In this document: positions 12,707 to 28,146 of the stretch, piece by piece
Numbering within the stretch: position 1 is the stretch's first letter
How the letters are laid out: each line of letters opens with the position of its first letter
From: Chrysomallon squamiferum
Taxonomy: Eukaryota > Animalia > Mollusca
Reading direction: 5' to 3'
DNA: 64,000 nt
NCBI GenBank assembly: GCA_012295275.1
Contig: CM022677.1
Coordinates: 10,106,001-10,170,000, forward strand
The notes under the pieces: generated by a model
The model's database searches: none
Seen by the model: only the letters and a program-made list of their open reading frames with translations
Told to the model about the DNA's origin: nothing
Position numbers and translations under genes: made by a program

Positions 12707-15074
12707 CACATATATAAATAAACATACTTATATCTAGATGGCTGGACAGTGTAAAGATAAATGACAATTACAGGTATTGCTTAAAATTAGAAAAAATGCA
12801 ACAAAATATTTCACTAATATTTGAAAATTTACTTAGCAGTGAAAACTAAATTTGACCCTGCATATGACTAGTAAACATTTTACTTCTAAACACAGACGTT
12901 CACATTTGAGCTTTAGTCCCAAATCAGATTTATAATAGCTTAGTTTTTAAAAAATGGCAGTAATGGTCGGATTTGAATGAAAGATTTTCTTTAGTTGAAA
13001 AGCAATCAAAACCAATTATTTTTATTGATCATGTGTGTTTGTGTGTGTGTATGAGTGAGTGTGTTTATAAATTATGAACACCTCACTTGCATGTGTGCAT
13101 GCTTGGGTGAGTTGTGCATGTTACTTAGCCATTACTTATGATATATTACTTATGTGACACATGATATACAAACGGGTATCTACACTTATGGAACTACAGA
13201 ACTAAACCCAGATAGAATAAAGAACCTATTAATAGCCATTGTTTGAAACAGGTCAGAGATACCAAAATTTGTTGTTGCCAGTCCACATTTGTAGTTATAT
13301 AACAACCAGAAAACAATGTAGTCATGCAAACTGGCAATCAGATTAGAAATGTGATCTACATATGAAACTGTACAGGTATGGTCATATTAGGTAATAACTC
13401 ATATGTTGTTGTTCTCAATATGTATTCATATCTCAGAGTTTTAAAAGATCAATCTGTTTGAAACTTGTACGGTAATTTAGTATATGTCAAGACATTAGTC
13501 CTGAACCTCATACTGTTAATTTAAATATAGGTAATGATAGGTAATGATCAACATTTCTAGAACTATATCAGTATATGATAACATACAGGTCATTATATTC
13601 TTAAAAGTAGAATACTTTCATTTACCAACAACTGGTGAGAATAATTTCAAATTAATATAAACACGAGTTGCAATGGCAGGATTGGGAGAAATAGCTCAAG
13701 TTTAAAATTCTTAATTTAAATTATGTTTTTACAAATATTATTTTAATTCACATTTTTGTTTTTTGTTTTGTTTAATTATTTTTATTTTTATTTCTTTTCT
13801 TTTTTTTTCTTTTTTTGTGTTGGCAGTAAACTATTTAAAACATGGCAAGTTTACATCAGAAACCAAAATAAACCAAAAACATCTTGCAAACTTCTGACAG
13901 TTGATGTTGTTGTAGTCACTGCTCAGCCTGGATGTGTGTATAAAAAAAAGTACCTCACAGAGTCACAACAACCTTCACAACACAAAATCAGGTTTTTCTT
14001 ACCTTGAATCACCTGATCCGTGATAACCTGCGATAAAATCTAAAACCAGAGCCAAATCCTCATAATTCTGCAAGCTGGTTTTATTTTTAGGTCAGTACCT
14101 AACAGTACCCCATAAATTTCACAGTCTTTTCAAAGATAATATAATTAGGTAGAGTTTTTTTATATTTAGAAATACTTTTCAGAAAAAGATATTTTTACTT
14201 TCAGTTTATATATGTGAATGATTTTTCAAGCTTCATTTCTATTTCACCATGATGGCAGTGACCGATTAAGGTGAGTAATTATAAAATTTTTTTTACTAAT
14301 GGCTAATCAGACAAAGAGAGAAAGAATTCTTTAAAAATCCTTAAAATTAAATATAGATTTGTATAATATAAATTATAGTTTATGTGTTTATATGTAAACA
14401 ATTTGACACTCAGTGAAGGTGCTTTTTACAAACATACACATCTATGTGTTAATTTTTTCAATTTTAATCTATTTAGGTGTATAAAGCAATCTACTTCTTT
14501 TTTTTTAAATCCAAAACAAAAAAACCTATATTTTTCAGTTGTAACATGTGTTCAGCATGTGTTATATTTAAAAAAAAATGTTTGGGCAATTCTATCTGAC
14601 CTTATAGTTCTGTTTCCAGTCATAAATAAATTTTTTTACTAACAAATTTTAAAATATTTGATCTAAGTTATTTTTTTATTTTTTATTAATGAATATTATC
14701 AAACATCAAAATAATAATAAAAAATTTGTTGGCTTTTTTATGTTTTGTTTTTTACTTTTAATAAAGAAATATTATCAAAGAGTGTAAATAGAAAATCAGC
14801 CAAGGGGAGGGATGATGTTATTCATTAAACAGTTGGGTTTTTTTAATAAAAGAAACAAACTCCCCAACAATAATGGGATTATTGTGCTGACTAAATCAAT
14901 GATTTATGTATGTACTTGGATATATTGTTTATCAATTTGTTTTTTTCATATACTGTTTATCTGTATTTGTTGTAGGGTGGTGTGCAAGTTTATGTGTGTG
15001 TGTGCGTGTGTGTGCGTGTGCATGTGTGTGTGTGTGTGTGTGTGTGTGAGTGAAAAATATTAAAATTTTCTTAC

Positions 15075-15128
15075 ATGATGGTAATTCAACTGTAATCCCA
15101 TTGCCACAACGAGGTATTCATAGTTTAT
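15075..15128 (-). CDS. SQOR: SQOR coding exon 3
   Basis: Not in the ORF track, read by hand: TTGCAG|INYEYLVVAMGLQLNYHH|GTAAGA; 54 nt, phase 0-0; matches the I-x-Y-x-Y-L-x-x-A-x-G-x-Q-L strand of SQOR. Confidence 0.93.
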
Positions 15129-15508
15129 CTGCAATACAAATAAATTAAAATAATAATAATGACAACAATAACAATTAGCACAACAATAAGATTAACGATC
15201 ACAAGAATGACAACAAAAATAATATAAACAAACCAATAACTGTCAACAAAATTTTTGTTTAACATTTCAGTTAGCATTTTTCATGAACCACATGATTTGT
15301 TTATCAAAAGCAATGGTAAATGCTGTGCTGTCTATGGAAAAACTACCATCTACACATCTAAGCATCTACAATGGAATGGGCCATTTTCTTTTCTTTATTT
15401 ATAACAGAAACTGTAATTAGAACTTGACATTGTAAGTTATTCTTATTTAGTTTCATCATAATTGTGCTTTCTCCAACTTTCACTTTCACAATAAAATTGT
15501 AAACTAAC

Positions 15509-15679
15509 CAGTTCGCCTTTTGAGGTTGTCACTGTGCACTTGTCAGGGTCAAAGGCCACGACCTTGTCCTGTATCCAGTCACATGACTTTGGAATGACGC
15601 GTGCCATTGGACGGCCAGAACTGCCAATTTTCTTCACACCAGCCCCCACCAGAGTCCATAGCGGCTGATAGTAGTGTGT
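15509..15679 (-). CDS. SQOR: SQOR coding exon 2
   Basis: TTTTCCACAG acceptor; THYYQPLWTLVGAG...TSKGEL (HYYQPxWTLVG is the eukaryotic SQOR signature); GTTAGT donor; 171 nt, phase 0-0. Confidence 0.96.
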
Positions 15680-15711
15680 CTGTGGAAAAACATCAATAAT
15701 ACTACTAACAG

Positions 15712-15770
<59 letters not shown>

Positions 15771-16151
15771 TAACATGAACAACTTAAAATAAGCATAAGA
15801 ATTAAAATTATGATTAACATTGTCAAAACATCAAAAATAGAAAAGAAGAGAGAGAAAGAGATGAAATATTATAAACTTATAATAGACTTGAGAACTAAAA
15901 CTAAGATTAACATTGTCAAAATACTAATATTACATAACAATAACAAAGGTGATACTTACACAACAAGTGTAAAAAAAGATAAAGGAGGAGAACAAGGAAA
16001 GAGATACATGTAATAAAGATGACAAGTAACATATTACTTCTGTAAATGAAATACAGTGACAAATGTTTTAATAATATCCTTTTGTACTGATAGAGATGAT
16101 GATACATTTAAGTTGTCCGACACACACATATACCTAAATACAAAACAAAAC

Positions 16152-16193
<42 letters not shown>

Positions 16194-16256
16194 TGCATAC
16201 ATATAGGCATAAACAAAAATACAAAATGGCACACACACACACACACACATACATAA

Positions 16257-18310
16257 TGCCAAAGGAAATGAGAACTACTGAAGTGTGAATATTACTATAA
16301 CATATCTCTCATAGACTGTTAACAACTGGTATGTATAAAACATCTCAGAAAGTTCTGCATTATATATAAACATATTGTATTTAAATTCTGCACACTTTGT
16401 TTAATGTTTATGTGTGCATATCCATGCATACACTGTACATTAACATGTCTGCACATGTGATGGTGGGTCTGCAAATGTATATGTTACACTGCCTATTGTT
16501 GAAAAACCTAACTTGTTAATACAGAAATGTGTAGAAGTGTTGTTTATTTGATCTGACTGTAGACTGAAATCAGGGCTGAAGTCAATCAACACTTCTCTCA
16601 AGACTAATGCCTGTTCCAAACAGAGCTCTTAATTAGTGTTCTAACCAGTGTGAGGAGTGGTTAATTAAAGGCCTGTGTAGAGTTAATTACATAAATACTC
16701 TTTCTGGTATGAAAATCAAACGTGTGCTTTGATATATTATTATTATGGAATGAAAATCACTATCTAGCAATGATTTGAATTATGGTAAAAAACTGACATG
16801 TTGAGAATGAAATTTATATTACTGAAGCCTGCTTTTCAAATAGACACATTATCTTAAAAAGAATATGCATAAAATTATATTAAATTAAACCAAAAAAAAA
16901 AAAATATATAGAAAAAAAATGAAAATATTTAATACATTAAAATTAACAACAATAAAGAGGAAATATAAATAAATGAAATTAAATAATTTAAATGTAAAAA
17001 TAGTGTTTAATTATAAATGACTTTTTAATTTATGTAGGATTTTAAATATAAATGTATAGACAAAATTATAAAACTTTGACAATTGTGACTCAGTTAAGAG
17101 ACAACTCGTGTTTTTGGCAGAAGGCGAACGTGCTTTCGATGAACTTGTTCCGACAAACACGTGAAAACATTATCAAGTTGAAGGACACTGCAGCAGACAT
17201 GTTTGTTTTAATAAAACAGTTGGATCATAATCAAATGTAGTGACATCTTCTATCTAGCCAGGTGTATTATATATTAAAGTATTCTAAAATAAAACAAATA
17301 TACAAACTACTTGATGTTATCACCCAAGTTGTTGAAATAAAATATAACAGGTCATTAGATAAAATATGAAGAGATTGTATTTTCAAAAATTGCATTTTGC
17401 AAATGAAATGAATTCAAATATGAAAATGCATTAATGTTATAAAACATATGTCTGATTAAATGATGAAATAACTGGTCAAATATTAATATTAATGTATATA
17501 TTTTGATAACATTAGTAAAACATTAAAAATTTTAAAAATAACACACACACACACACAGGCACACACAAATAAAAGACATCACACACCACACACAATATAA
17601 ACTGCCAAAGGAAATAAATAGAAATATCTTGGTGAAATATACATAAGAACCAATGAAGTGTGAATATTACTGTAACATATCTCTCACAGACTTTTAACAG
17701 CTGGTATGTATAAAACATCTCAGATATTTCTGTTTTTTATATATATATATATATATATACATATTGTAATTCAGCAGATTTTGTTTAATGCTTATGTGTG
17801 TGCAGCCATGCATAAATGTACATTAACATAATTGTCTGCATGTGATTATGAATCTTATATGGTGTATGTGAATGTTTATGTGTATGTGTATGTGTGTTTG
17901 GTGGGGTATTAGCATGCAAATGCATATGACTGGAAATAAAAAAGTTAACAATATTCAAAATAAGATACAACTTATTAATATCAGTTTAACTGCATTGTTC
18001 AAAAAAATGAACTTATTAATATATAAAGGTGTAGAAGTGTTGTTTATTTGGATCAGACTGGAATCTGGCCTTAAATAAATGAACAGTTCTCTCAATTCCT
18101 GTTCCAAACAGAGCTTTTAATTCTCTTTCAGGAGTGGTTAATTAAAGGCCATGGCTTACAGATTTAATTAAATAAATATACTTTCTGGTAATGAAAATTA
18201 AACATGTGTGTATTAATATGTTGTTATTATAGTGTGAAAATCACTCTCTAGCAATGATTTGAATTTGCTTGAAAAAAGAATGTGCATAAAAAATTATATA
18301 TTAAACTTAA

Positions 18311-18342
<32 letters not shown>

Positions 18343-19023
18343 AAAATAATGAAAATATTAATACATTAAAATTGACAAAAATAAAGAGGAATATACAAGT
18401 AAATGAAATTAAAAAATTAAAACATAATAAAACCTGTTTTATTGTAACCTAATTTTTAATTTATGTAGGATTTTAAAAATAATATGATATAAATTTATAA
18501 GCAAAATTTTAAAACGTCTCATTGATTGTAAACTTTGACAATTGTGACTCGGTTAAGAGACAACTCGTGTTTTCTGTGACTCGGTTAAGAGACAACTCGT
18601 GTTTTTGGCAGAAGGCGAACGTGCTTTCGATGAACTTGTTCCGACAAACACGTGAAAACATTATCAAGTTGAAGGACACTGCAGCAGACATGTTTGTTTT
18701 TATAAAACAGTTGGATCATAATCAAATGTAGTGACATCTTCTATCTAGCCAGGTGTATTATATATTAAAGTATTCTAAAATAAAACAAATATACAAACTA
18801 CTTGATGTTATCACCTGAGTTGTTGAAATAAACATATAACAGGCCATTAGATAAAATGTTAAGAGAATGCATTTTTTAAAATTATACTTTGCAAATGAAA
18901 TGAAATAAAATATGAATATGCATTAATGTTATAAAGCATATGCATATGTTATTAATACCGAGAGATAACTTTTCAAATATACATTGATAACATTAGTAAA
19001 AAATTTAAAAATGTAAAATTAAC
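16257..19023. repeat. Tandem duplication of ~1.3-1.4 kb in SQOR intron 1 (copy 1 ~16257-17542, copy 2 ~17603-19023)
   Basis: Colinear similarity throughout; near-identical core 17071-17324 vs 18530-18815. Confidence 0.92.
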
Positions 19024-20311
19024 AAAAAAATCAAGTGTTTGAAAATGTATGAATGGTAATGAGTGAATACGATTCATAATCAATATTATCATTCTATATC
19101 ATTCAGTATTTCTCATAATTCCATTTAGTGACTGTTGATAAATAACAGCTAAGGAGTTACTTCCCTTCCTACGTTATATTTCTAGTTTTAATTTATTTAT
19201 TAAGAATTTATAACACTGTAAACATGCTGTTTTTCCTATTTCATCACTTCATTATCTTTATTTTTATACTTAAATTAATTGTCTAAACATAACTGGGAGA
19301 GTTTCATTTAATAAAGGAGCAGCTGATTTCTGATAATCTGATATTAACAAAGCAATAAAATATAATTTATTTTTTTTTTTTCTAAACAAAAATATTTATG
19401 CACTGGATCAGGTTTTTGAATTAACATGTTTATTTTGTGAGCTGTACATGAAAGGAAAGGACATGCAAATGAAGCTGCAAAATAAACATGGCTCTGTTTA
19501 CAAAAGTTAAAGTTTCTACAACTAAAGTAAAATAAACACTCAGATTATCTGTAGCGAAAGTTTGCTGTATCATGATGAACCTATCTTTAAGCAAATATAT
19601 TTTATTTTTTTATACAAGGACAATGATACACAAATTTTAGCAGTTTTATTAATTTCCATATGTTATGTGTTTCATAAATCAATAAATGTAGGTTTGCATT
19701 TATGTTACTCTGTGTAAAGAATGTTACTCTGGAGAGAGAGAGAGAGAGAGAGACCGTATATTAAAAATACAAATTTCCACAACACATACAATTTCTAATT
19801 TTGTTTTTATCTTTATTTACAATTCTGCAGTGCACCGTGTATTTAAAACAACTCACATACGTGACTGGTGAACTGCACACCCTTCTCAAACTGTCATCCA
19901 GTCAACTGTTGTTGCTTGGTGGTTTTAAAATCATTTTATACTATAATGATTTTTATTCGTATTGTCTTTTTTTTTTTTTTCGAGTCATATTTGATATATA
20001 CATATTTAAATATGTAAAAACAAAAGAAAATTATTATAATTACTATTTTATTTTTTATTTTTTACTTTTTGTTATCATTTATTATTTATAAATTCTAATT
20101 CTTCATTACAAAAATGTGCTTTATGATTATTTTTAAAAAGATTATAATTGTAACTTTCCAAAAATAGAAAAAAAAGTTATATTATAGCAAAATGCAGCTG
20201 CAGAATATTGTTATATGAATGTATTTGTTTATAATGTATCAGTTACACAGGTAAGTTACTAAACATAATTTGTGACGGATCTACCAAAATGCCATACATT
20301 TTATTTTTATT

Positions 20312-20416
<105 letters not shown>

Positions 20417-20613
20417 TTTTTTTTTTTTTTTTTTTTTTAGATAAGTGACACTGTATTACAGACGGAACTAAGGAGACTGACAACTGACCTAAGGGGTAAC
20501 ATAATGCACGCCCACTATATGTTACGCTACGGAGTAGTTTCCATTGAAAGAAAACCATAAACACCCTAAAATGTTTCCATTTCTAGCTAATGAATTAGAC
20601 TGACAGTACTCAC

Positions 20614-20817
20614 GTCGGCTGGATCTATAACTGCAATCTGACCCTTTTTAAGTTTTGAGGAGAATTTTGCTGCAGTGCTGCATCCTCCTGCTCCTGCACC
20701 AACAACAACTAACTTGTACGATTTCGTTTCCCTGACACAAGAAGTAGAAAAACATTTTAGTCCTATATTAATGCACTTGGCACCTTGTAGAGTTAATAAT
20801 GCTTTAGAAGTCGCCAT
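20614..20817 (-). CDS. SQOR: SQOR coding exon 1 (probable mitochondrial presequence + FAD-binding Rossmann motif)
   Basis: ATG at 20817; MATSKALLTLQ...YKLVVVGAGAGGCSTAAKF...IAVIDPAD contains the GxGxxG motif; ends at GAC|GTGAGT donor; 204 nt, phase 0. Confidence 0.95.
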
Positions 20818-21350
20818 GATAGCTGCCCAGTATTTGTCAGTTCTTGAAATGTTCTGTGTTTAAAGCTCAGCTAGTCGGAACGAAATGACAACTCCGATAA
20901 ACTATAACTAAACTCACAACACATTCAGTTTACCCCCAACTTAATGAATGGTGACGGAACTTATCGCTCTACAGTCTCTCCGTTATGTTAACACTGATTG
21001 GACATCGATTCCCGAATTTATCCCCAAAACGACCAATGAAAACACATTTTCCACGTGGAGGTCGCCAATACGCAATAGTTGCAAGAAGGTGTTGTTTTTT
21101 TTTAATTTATATTAACCATTCGTGTTCAATAGTATTCTCACGAAGAAATCCGATATATAAAAACTCTGGCAATTGTATTACAAATAATTAATGTTTACTT
21201 CTTTTGCAGTAGCACGTTTATAATATTTGTTTACTATCGGCATGGATGACGTAACTTACGCAAAGGTTATCGCAATATCGGCGTATGAAGTTGGGTCAAG
21301 CGAACACATGCAATTGATAACCACAAATTAATTGTTCGACTTTTAAATGA
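20818..21350 (-). promoter_or_regulatory. Probable SQOR 5' UTR/promoter region
   Basis: Immediately upstream of the ATG; abrupt gain of CpG; CCACGTGG (21051-21058), TGACGTAA (~21246), CCAAT boxes; TSS not determinable. Confidence 0.5.
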
Positions 21351-24218
21351 CACTGACAACTAATAATTACGGAATTTATTATATTTGTTCGCGTTTGTAT
21401 TACAAGCCTTGTCTAACGAGCATCCAGACAAACACATGTAAACACCAGTCGGAGCGAGTACGATTAGTTCATTTGGGTTGCATTGTACAAAACCAGTTGG
21501 CAAAGACGTTGATGTTAACATTTCGACCGTATAATTGAAATTTATCGAAACCAAATAGAATAATATACGAATCGATATTAATTTAAAAGACATTTTAAAT
21601 ATTAGCATAATAATAAGTTTTTCAGCATTTTCTGTATTTATTATTTCTTCTATTTTCCATTATTATTAGTGTACGTTAGTTTTTGAAACTGAATTATTTA
21701 TTAATTAATTGAACGGGAATTCATTAATTGCCAATAACTCAAAGCCCCAATATAATAACTACCAATCTGACATGAATCTGCTGTGTCATTACAACTGCGC
21801 TATCAGCAGTATTTATCTACAGTGTTTGTAGTTGTAGGCAAAGAAAACGATTTGTCAATTTGATTGACGCGTATTGATAAACGACCCAGTATCAGTTAAG
21901 TCGTTTTGTTTTTGTCCGTGCATCGGGTCAAGACCTGGAATCACGTGACATCTGCGAAGTAACCCTTAAAACCCAAATGATAAAATTGTACGGTAAACAA
22001 CATAACACATTGTGTCACCTCTGACGTCTTAACAAAAATAACTCACCTGTATAAAACACACAGGTAGTTTATTACAGACAACATTCATGTGTCTTAGTTC
22101 TTGATACGATCTAGAAGGCAAGATTATAGAAAGTTCAAAATGTTTCGTTGTCTGGGATTGTAGAATCGTCCGAAACGGGTTGGGGTGGCTAATTACATCA
22201 AGTTATTTAAACAGTTTATATAAATTCATACATCTAAATTATAAAACTTCTTTAAATTGTTTTGCTAGCAAATATTAATAGTTTTCATTACTACATTAAG
22301 GTACAAAATTGGTTACCAATTTTGTCATTTCGTTCTGACTAGCTGAGCTTTGAATCTGAATCGATTCAATGGCTGAAAAATATTTAGCATTTTCTAAAGC
22401 ATTATTATGCTTATTATTACGATCAGTTGCCTGGACGGATGTCAGTGGGCGGTGGGGGATGCGTCCATTGCATGTTGAAACAAAACTAATTACGCCAGTG
22501 ATAAAAGCAAAAAATTGATTTTCTTCCATCCACATGATGCCAGTGTTTTCTTAGATTTGCTTTTGGAGAGTACATAGCTGCACGTTTGACCACTAACGTC
22601 AAAAGTTTTCTGGATTTGCCGCGTAAGATCACTAGACGCAGACGTCATGTTTAAAGAGCCTCTTTTTCACGAACACAGATAAAAGGTGTACGTGCGCGCA
22701 CCCCCCTCCACACACACACTCAAACAAACACACACGCATACACAGATCCTTATTAAGAATATTCTTTTTATTTATTTATTTTTTAAAAACTACTTTCTTG
22801 TAATTATTTTTCTTTTTCGTTTTCAAGTTCATACATTTCTCAAACTTCGTTCTTGTTTTTTCTTGTTTTTTCTTATTTATACGTGTTTGTTATTTTTATA
22901 TATTTAATTTTGTTTTTTATGGAAGTAAATTTAAAACGCATCAAACTTATTATTTTTAGTTATGGTTATTTTCGTTATTTATTGTATTTCTGTAACTTTG
23001 AAGTTGAACTGACAATACAGAGCCAATAACGAAACTGTCATAACAAAACAGATAAAACGCTCATGAAAAGAGGAATTAAGGTATGTATAAATGCTGGGTT
23101 CGGGATACTAACCTTTAAAAAAATAAAATAAACAAGAAACGAAGTAGAAAAGACGCGGCCTAAATACTTGTCACATGCTGGGCTAGAAACAGCTTAGATC
23201 GGAATAAAGCGACAGGTTGAAGTTCAATGGCTGCCTATGCAGTGGATGGGAGCAAGGGACGAAAACAAATTCCACACCACGCAACTGTTTGTCAAAGGCG
23301 GTGTCCTGTTTATGAGAAGGTACTAACAGGTTTTAATTGTGTTACTAAGATATTTCAAACAGTTGACTAATTCGGATGAAAACTAATATTATTAATACAA
23401 TCCAATAATGACACCCGTTCGCAAGCCAAATAATGATGAATGATGATGATGATGATGATGATGATGAAGGTTATGATTATAACAAAAATAATTAGTAATA
23501 AAAATAGCAGCAACGACAACAGCAGCAACTTTAATAACAAAAGGGAAAAAAAGGATTAAAAAAGAATTGTTAAAAAACGAAAACAAGAAATAATTATAAG
23601 TTAAGAAAAAAATCAATAAAAAAAAAATCATAATAATAAATACATGTAAATAATAAAATAATAAGAATAAAAACTAAGATTACTAATAATTCTATCCACA
23701 TTCCTAACTTGATAAATGATGCAAGATCACCCGTATCGATGTTTTTAAACATGTGAGATGCTTTTCACAATTCTGCTACATTCCTCTGTACAGCTGCTCC
23801 GCGTGCACAAAGGCTGCACGTACGTGTTTGATGTAGCAAACAATTACGGGACGTTGTAGATCATTTCAACACAGAGTAAGTGTGATCGTCTGCTTGCGAA
23901 CGCGACTAGTTGCTGTGACGTAATAACTCAACGGAGAAAGTTCCGTGTGCACGTGCCTAAGAGATTGTAAGAACGTGTCAAAATGTTTCATGCAGTAAAC
24001 ATTAAGAGATAAGGTAGCCGATGAAAGCTGTTTATGTTGTAATACTCGAAGATACTGTCATTACATGTGAAGTGCTGAATATGCATTTAGTATTCCATCG
24101 TTTAGTAACCTTTGACACGAAGTAAAAAGAGATATTTAGGCCACACAAAAGTTATGAGTTTTGTCACCGAGATTATTTTAGAAACAACGACAACAACGAC
24201 AACAACAACAACAACACC

Positions 24219-24270
<52 letters not shown>

Positions 24271-25110
24271 TAAATCAAACAAAATGAAATGACATAAAAT
24301 AAAATAGAGAAAGAAAAAAGTAATTAACAACGTAAATATTTATTTATTTACATTTTTATGAGACGGAATTAATAATTTTTATTCTTTCTTTCTTCTTTTG
24401 TTAAATATACATTTATTTCATTATATCTATTTAATTTTTAGGTTAAAAAAAAAGTTTAAAAATAAAACAAAATAAACGAACCCTAGAGTGAATGATATTA
24501 TTTTGCATTGAAATTCTAATAATAGAGGGGTACCACAGCTCCTGTTTTTTTATTTGTACTCATAATGGAAAAGCAAAGGTTCTTTGTACCAGCTAAGCAA
24601 AAAGCGCAGAATAACTTTGACTGAAGCACGTTTACATAATAATTTCTCTTTTTTTTTTTTTCATGTACCGACTATGTGAGAATGTCGTCTGCTTGTAGAC
24701 TCTGCTTACTACTGGAGGCAGGAGTCGTAACGCACGTTCTGTATACACATTATTAATATGTTTCTTAAATTATGTCGGCAGAAAGATTTTCTTTCAAGGT
24801 CTTATCTCTATCGATTTCGATTTCTGTTTATTAATACTACTGATTGAATCTTAATATAGTCTTATTTTTTACTAAACACATATTAAAGCATACAAACACG
24901 GACCAATTCAGCAACTCGATGATCCCACCTTTAAACATTTTGATTCAATAATATCTAGGGTTACCATATTTTCATCAACCAAAGACAGTACAAAAGGAAT
25001 CTATATTCACTATAAAGGGTCCCAAACCTATTAACAAGTATTTTTATTATTATTACTCCTTCTAAGTCAAGTTGAAAAAAAGATAAAACATAACCTCACT
25101 CAAGAACGAT

Positions 25111-25146
25111 CTCGCGACCCCCAGTTTGAAAACCTATGTACTAGAG
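25111..25146. mobile_element. Isolated hAT/Charlie-like terminus
   Basis: CGCGACCCCCAGTTTGAAAACCTATG followed by TACTAGAG resembles Charlie-type ends and target site. Confidence 0.4.
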
Positions 25147-26592
25147 TTTGTACATATTATGTAAGTAGAACAGATTCACGTATTTATAAAACAAGGTTTT
25201 TCTCTTGTTTCTATCACGTTTCTCTCTTCCTTTTTTTTTTTTTTTTTTTTTTATTCTGCTTTCTAGTTTTGTTTCTGTTGAACCTACTGACTCGTTCAGA
25301 ATAAAGATGATTAATGAATAGCAACAGATTTTTATTTTTTAACACTTTACTTTTCGTTTCCATTTTATTATTGTTTCGCTGTACAGTTATTTTTATTTTT
25401 TTATTATTTTATTATTTTTGCCCCTCATTTTCCTTTATTTATTTATTTTTTTTTAATTATTTTTATTTTTATTGTTTCTTTTCGTTCCTTTTTCTGTTGT
25501 TTTTATTATTTTAAAATTTCCTTTCTTCTTCTTTCATCCCTTCAGTTTCTTTTATAACTTATATTTATTTATTTTATTTCTTTCATGATCGGCTCAAAAA
25601 TTCAGAAAAGGTTAACATTATATAAAAGATCGTTAATTCTACACTGATAGTTGCTGTATTACAAAAAGGCAGCCTGAAGGCAAATCCTGCTTATTCTGTA
25701 CAGAACTTAAAATAATAAATAAACAAACAAACAAACAAACACACAAACAAACAAACAAACAAACAAAAAATAAACTGCATTCATAGGTGTTATTTTTTCA
25801 AAAACAGTTTCATTATTATAATACAAAACCACGTAATTTCGTGAAAATCGGGAAGAAAGAAAAACAGACAAGCATGAAAGCAAGGTTAAACACAACAACA
25901 AACAAATAGACAGACAGACAACGTGCTATATATAAATAAGAAATAAAATAATAAATGAAATTGAAAATGATTATTATAAGTTAATATAAATAGCAACAAC
26001 AAAATCATTAATTATTACGATACCACAATACCTTTTTTTTTTTTTTTTTTTTTTTTAGGAGTTGTATTTCAAAATTAGCACGTGACACAGTTAAACGTGC
26101 ACTGCAGAAAAGACGAAAATAAGATTTTAAAAATGAAAAAAATGAGAGTAGAAAATGAAGAAAAAAGAAAAGAAAATGCAAGCTTGTGAAAACAGACTGA
26201 TATTTTAACAAGATGGCGTTTACGTCATACTGCTTTTTTGGCCACATTTCAGTGTACAGTTACCAGTGTATTTCATTTAGCCTCGCCTTCAATCTCACAT
26301 CTGCGCAGATCGATCAATTTCATTTGCTATTACACAAATAGTCTGTATTCTAGAAACTAGTTAGTTTAACGTATAATTGTTGTGAAAAAAATATTAAGTA
26401 ACTGACGCTCATATTAGCTGACAATCAGTAACGTTGTCTAAATTTTCTTTTTATTCCTCCTCACTGTTTCCTATTAGGTGGAGTCAGCGCCATAGTTCTT
26501 TTTTTTTAATTTGACTATTGTGTGATTCTTAATATATGGGTTTGTGTGTGTGTGTGTGTACTTGTGTGTGTTCCAGTATATTATTATCACTT

Positions 26593-26625
<33 letters not shown>

Positions 26626-27171
26626 TTATTATTATGCCATATTTATATAGAAACTTTTCCAAACTAAGTAAGTTAAGGGTGCTTTACTGTATAAACTAAT
26701 AATAAAAATATATAAAAAGATATGGACATAAATATGGTTAAAATGATGGTAAAAATATATGAGTCAAATGCATAGCACATAAGCGCACGATCGTATACAT
26801 GCTATACAAGTATGTGTCCGTTAAGCGATTTATTTATTTGTTATTCATTAAATGCATTCGGACTTTCGTCTGTCAGCGGCATTTGACATTTGTGACGTCA
26901 TGATTGGAAGTTCTTCTGCGTCAGTATGCCATAGCCATATTAGTTATGTGCAGATAGGGCAAAACAGCTAAAATTTCATGTCTCCCAAAACACACATGCG
27001 CAAACCACACACATACAGACATGCCAAAACTACAGCGGGCAGCAATCCGAACACGCCCTTTGTGGACTATATTCGCAATGCAAAGTCTTGAAATGAACAG
27101 ATCCACACACACGATCTTTGTAAACAGTCAGCCCCGAGCAACATACTGTTACTTCATCCTTTGCAACAGAA

Positions 27172-27226
<55 letters not shown>

Positions 27227-28069
27227 CAGAATTTTCCTATGCAGTTTTAAAAAATTAGTATTCAGCGTATACTATAACTTTTTTCAAGTTTAGTTTGAAT
27301 TTTTTTATTCGTAATTTTATTATTTACGTTTACTTTACAATTTTAAAGGTTCAAGATAAAAAATAAATTTACGAAAGATTAAGATGAAAAGGTGGGGTAG
27401 GATGTATGTTTATCTGTTTATTTATCTAACCATCCCAGCTACTTGTCTTGCCAGTCATTTCATCATTATTATATGCGTGGAAAATTTTATAAAGCGTATT
27501 AATTTACATAGATATCATTAATTTACATACATTTAAAACAATACCACCTAAATCGTAGGGTATGTATTTACATTAAAACTAATAGTTTTTTATTCGTTCT
27601 GTTTATTGAGCAGAAGTGTATGATAAACAGTTATATAAGACTGAATGTGCCATTAAAAACAATGTCTTAATAGCTGAGCGTATGCACAGTGTACTAACTA
27701 TCACAGAGCAGGCACAAAGGTTCTTCTTTTTGTTTATTTTCTACTTAACCTCTATATTTTTTTCTTCGTTTTTCTTTTTGTTGATATTGATCCGTTTTGA
27801 GATTCGCTTAAATGAATTGCGAGTGATTTGTATAATATATATGTATATATGTATATAATATAAATTTTATATGAAATAACTTTTGAAAAAGAAACAAATG
27901 TATTCGTACAAACCACTTTAAACTGAGCTTGTAGATAGTCACACCTGTGCACGACCATTTAACAGACTCTTGTGTTTAAGTTTGAAAGCTGGCGAACACG
28001 AAATCGAGAAATATTCGTATGTTTCCTCCAAACTTTTTAAAAGAAAAACAAATTAAAATTATAATAGAC

Positions 28070-28146
<77 letters not shown>

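Noticed and set aside
18509-18691. ORF MSAAVSFNLIMFSRVCRNK as an alternative SQOR first exon or C/D snoRNA
   Set aside because: It lacks the GxGxxG region needed to replace exon 1, copy 1 has an earlier stop, and the C/D boxes are poor and not preserved in both copies
21033-21055. ERSE element (CCAAT-N9-CCACG)
   Set aside because: Spacer is 13 nt, not 9
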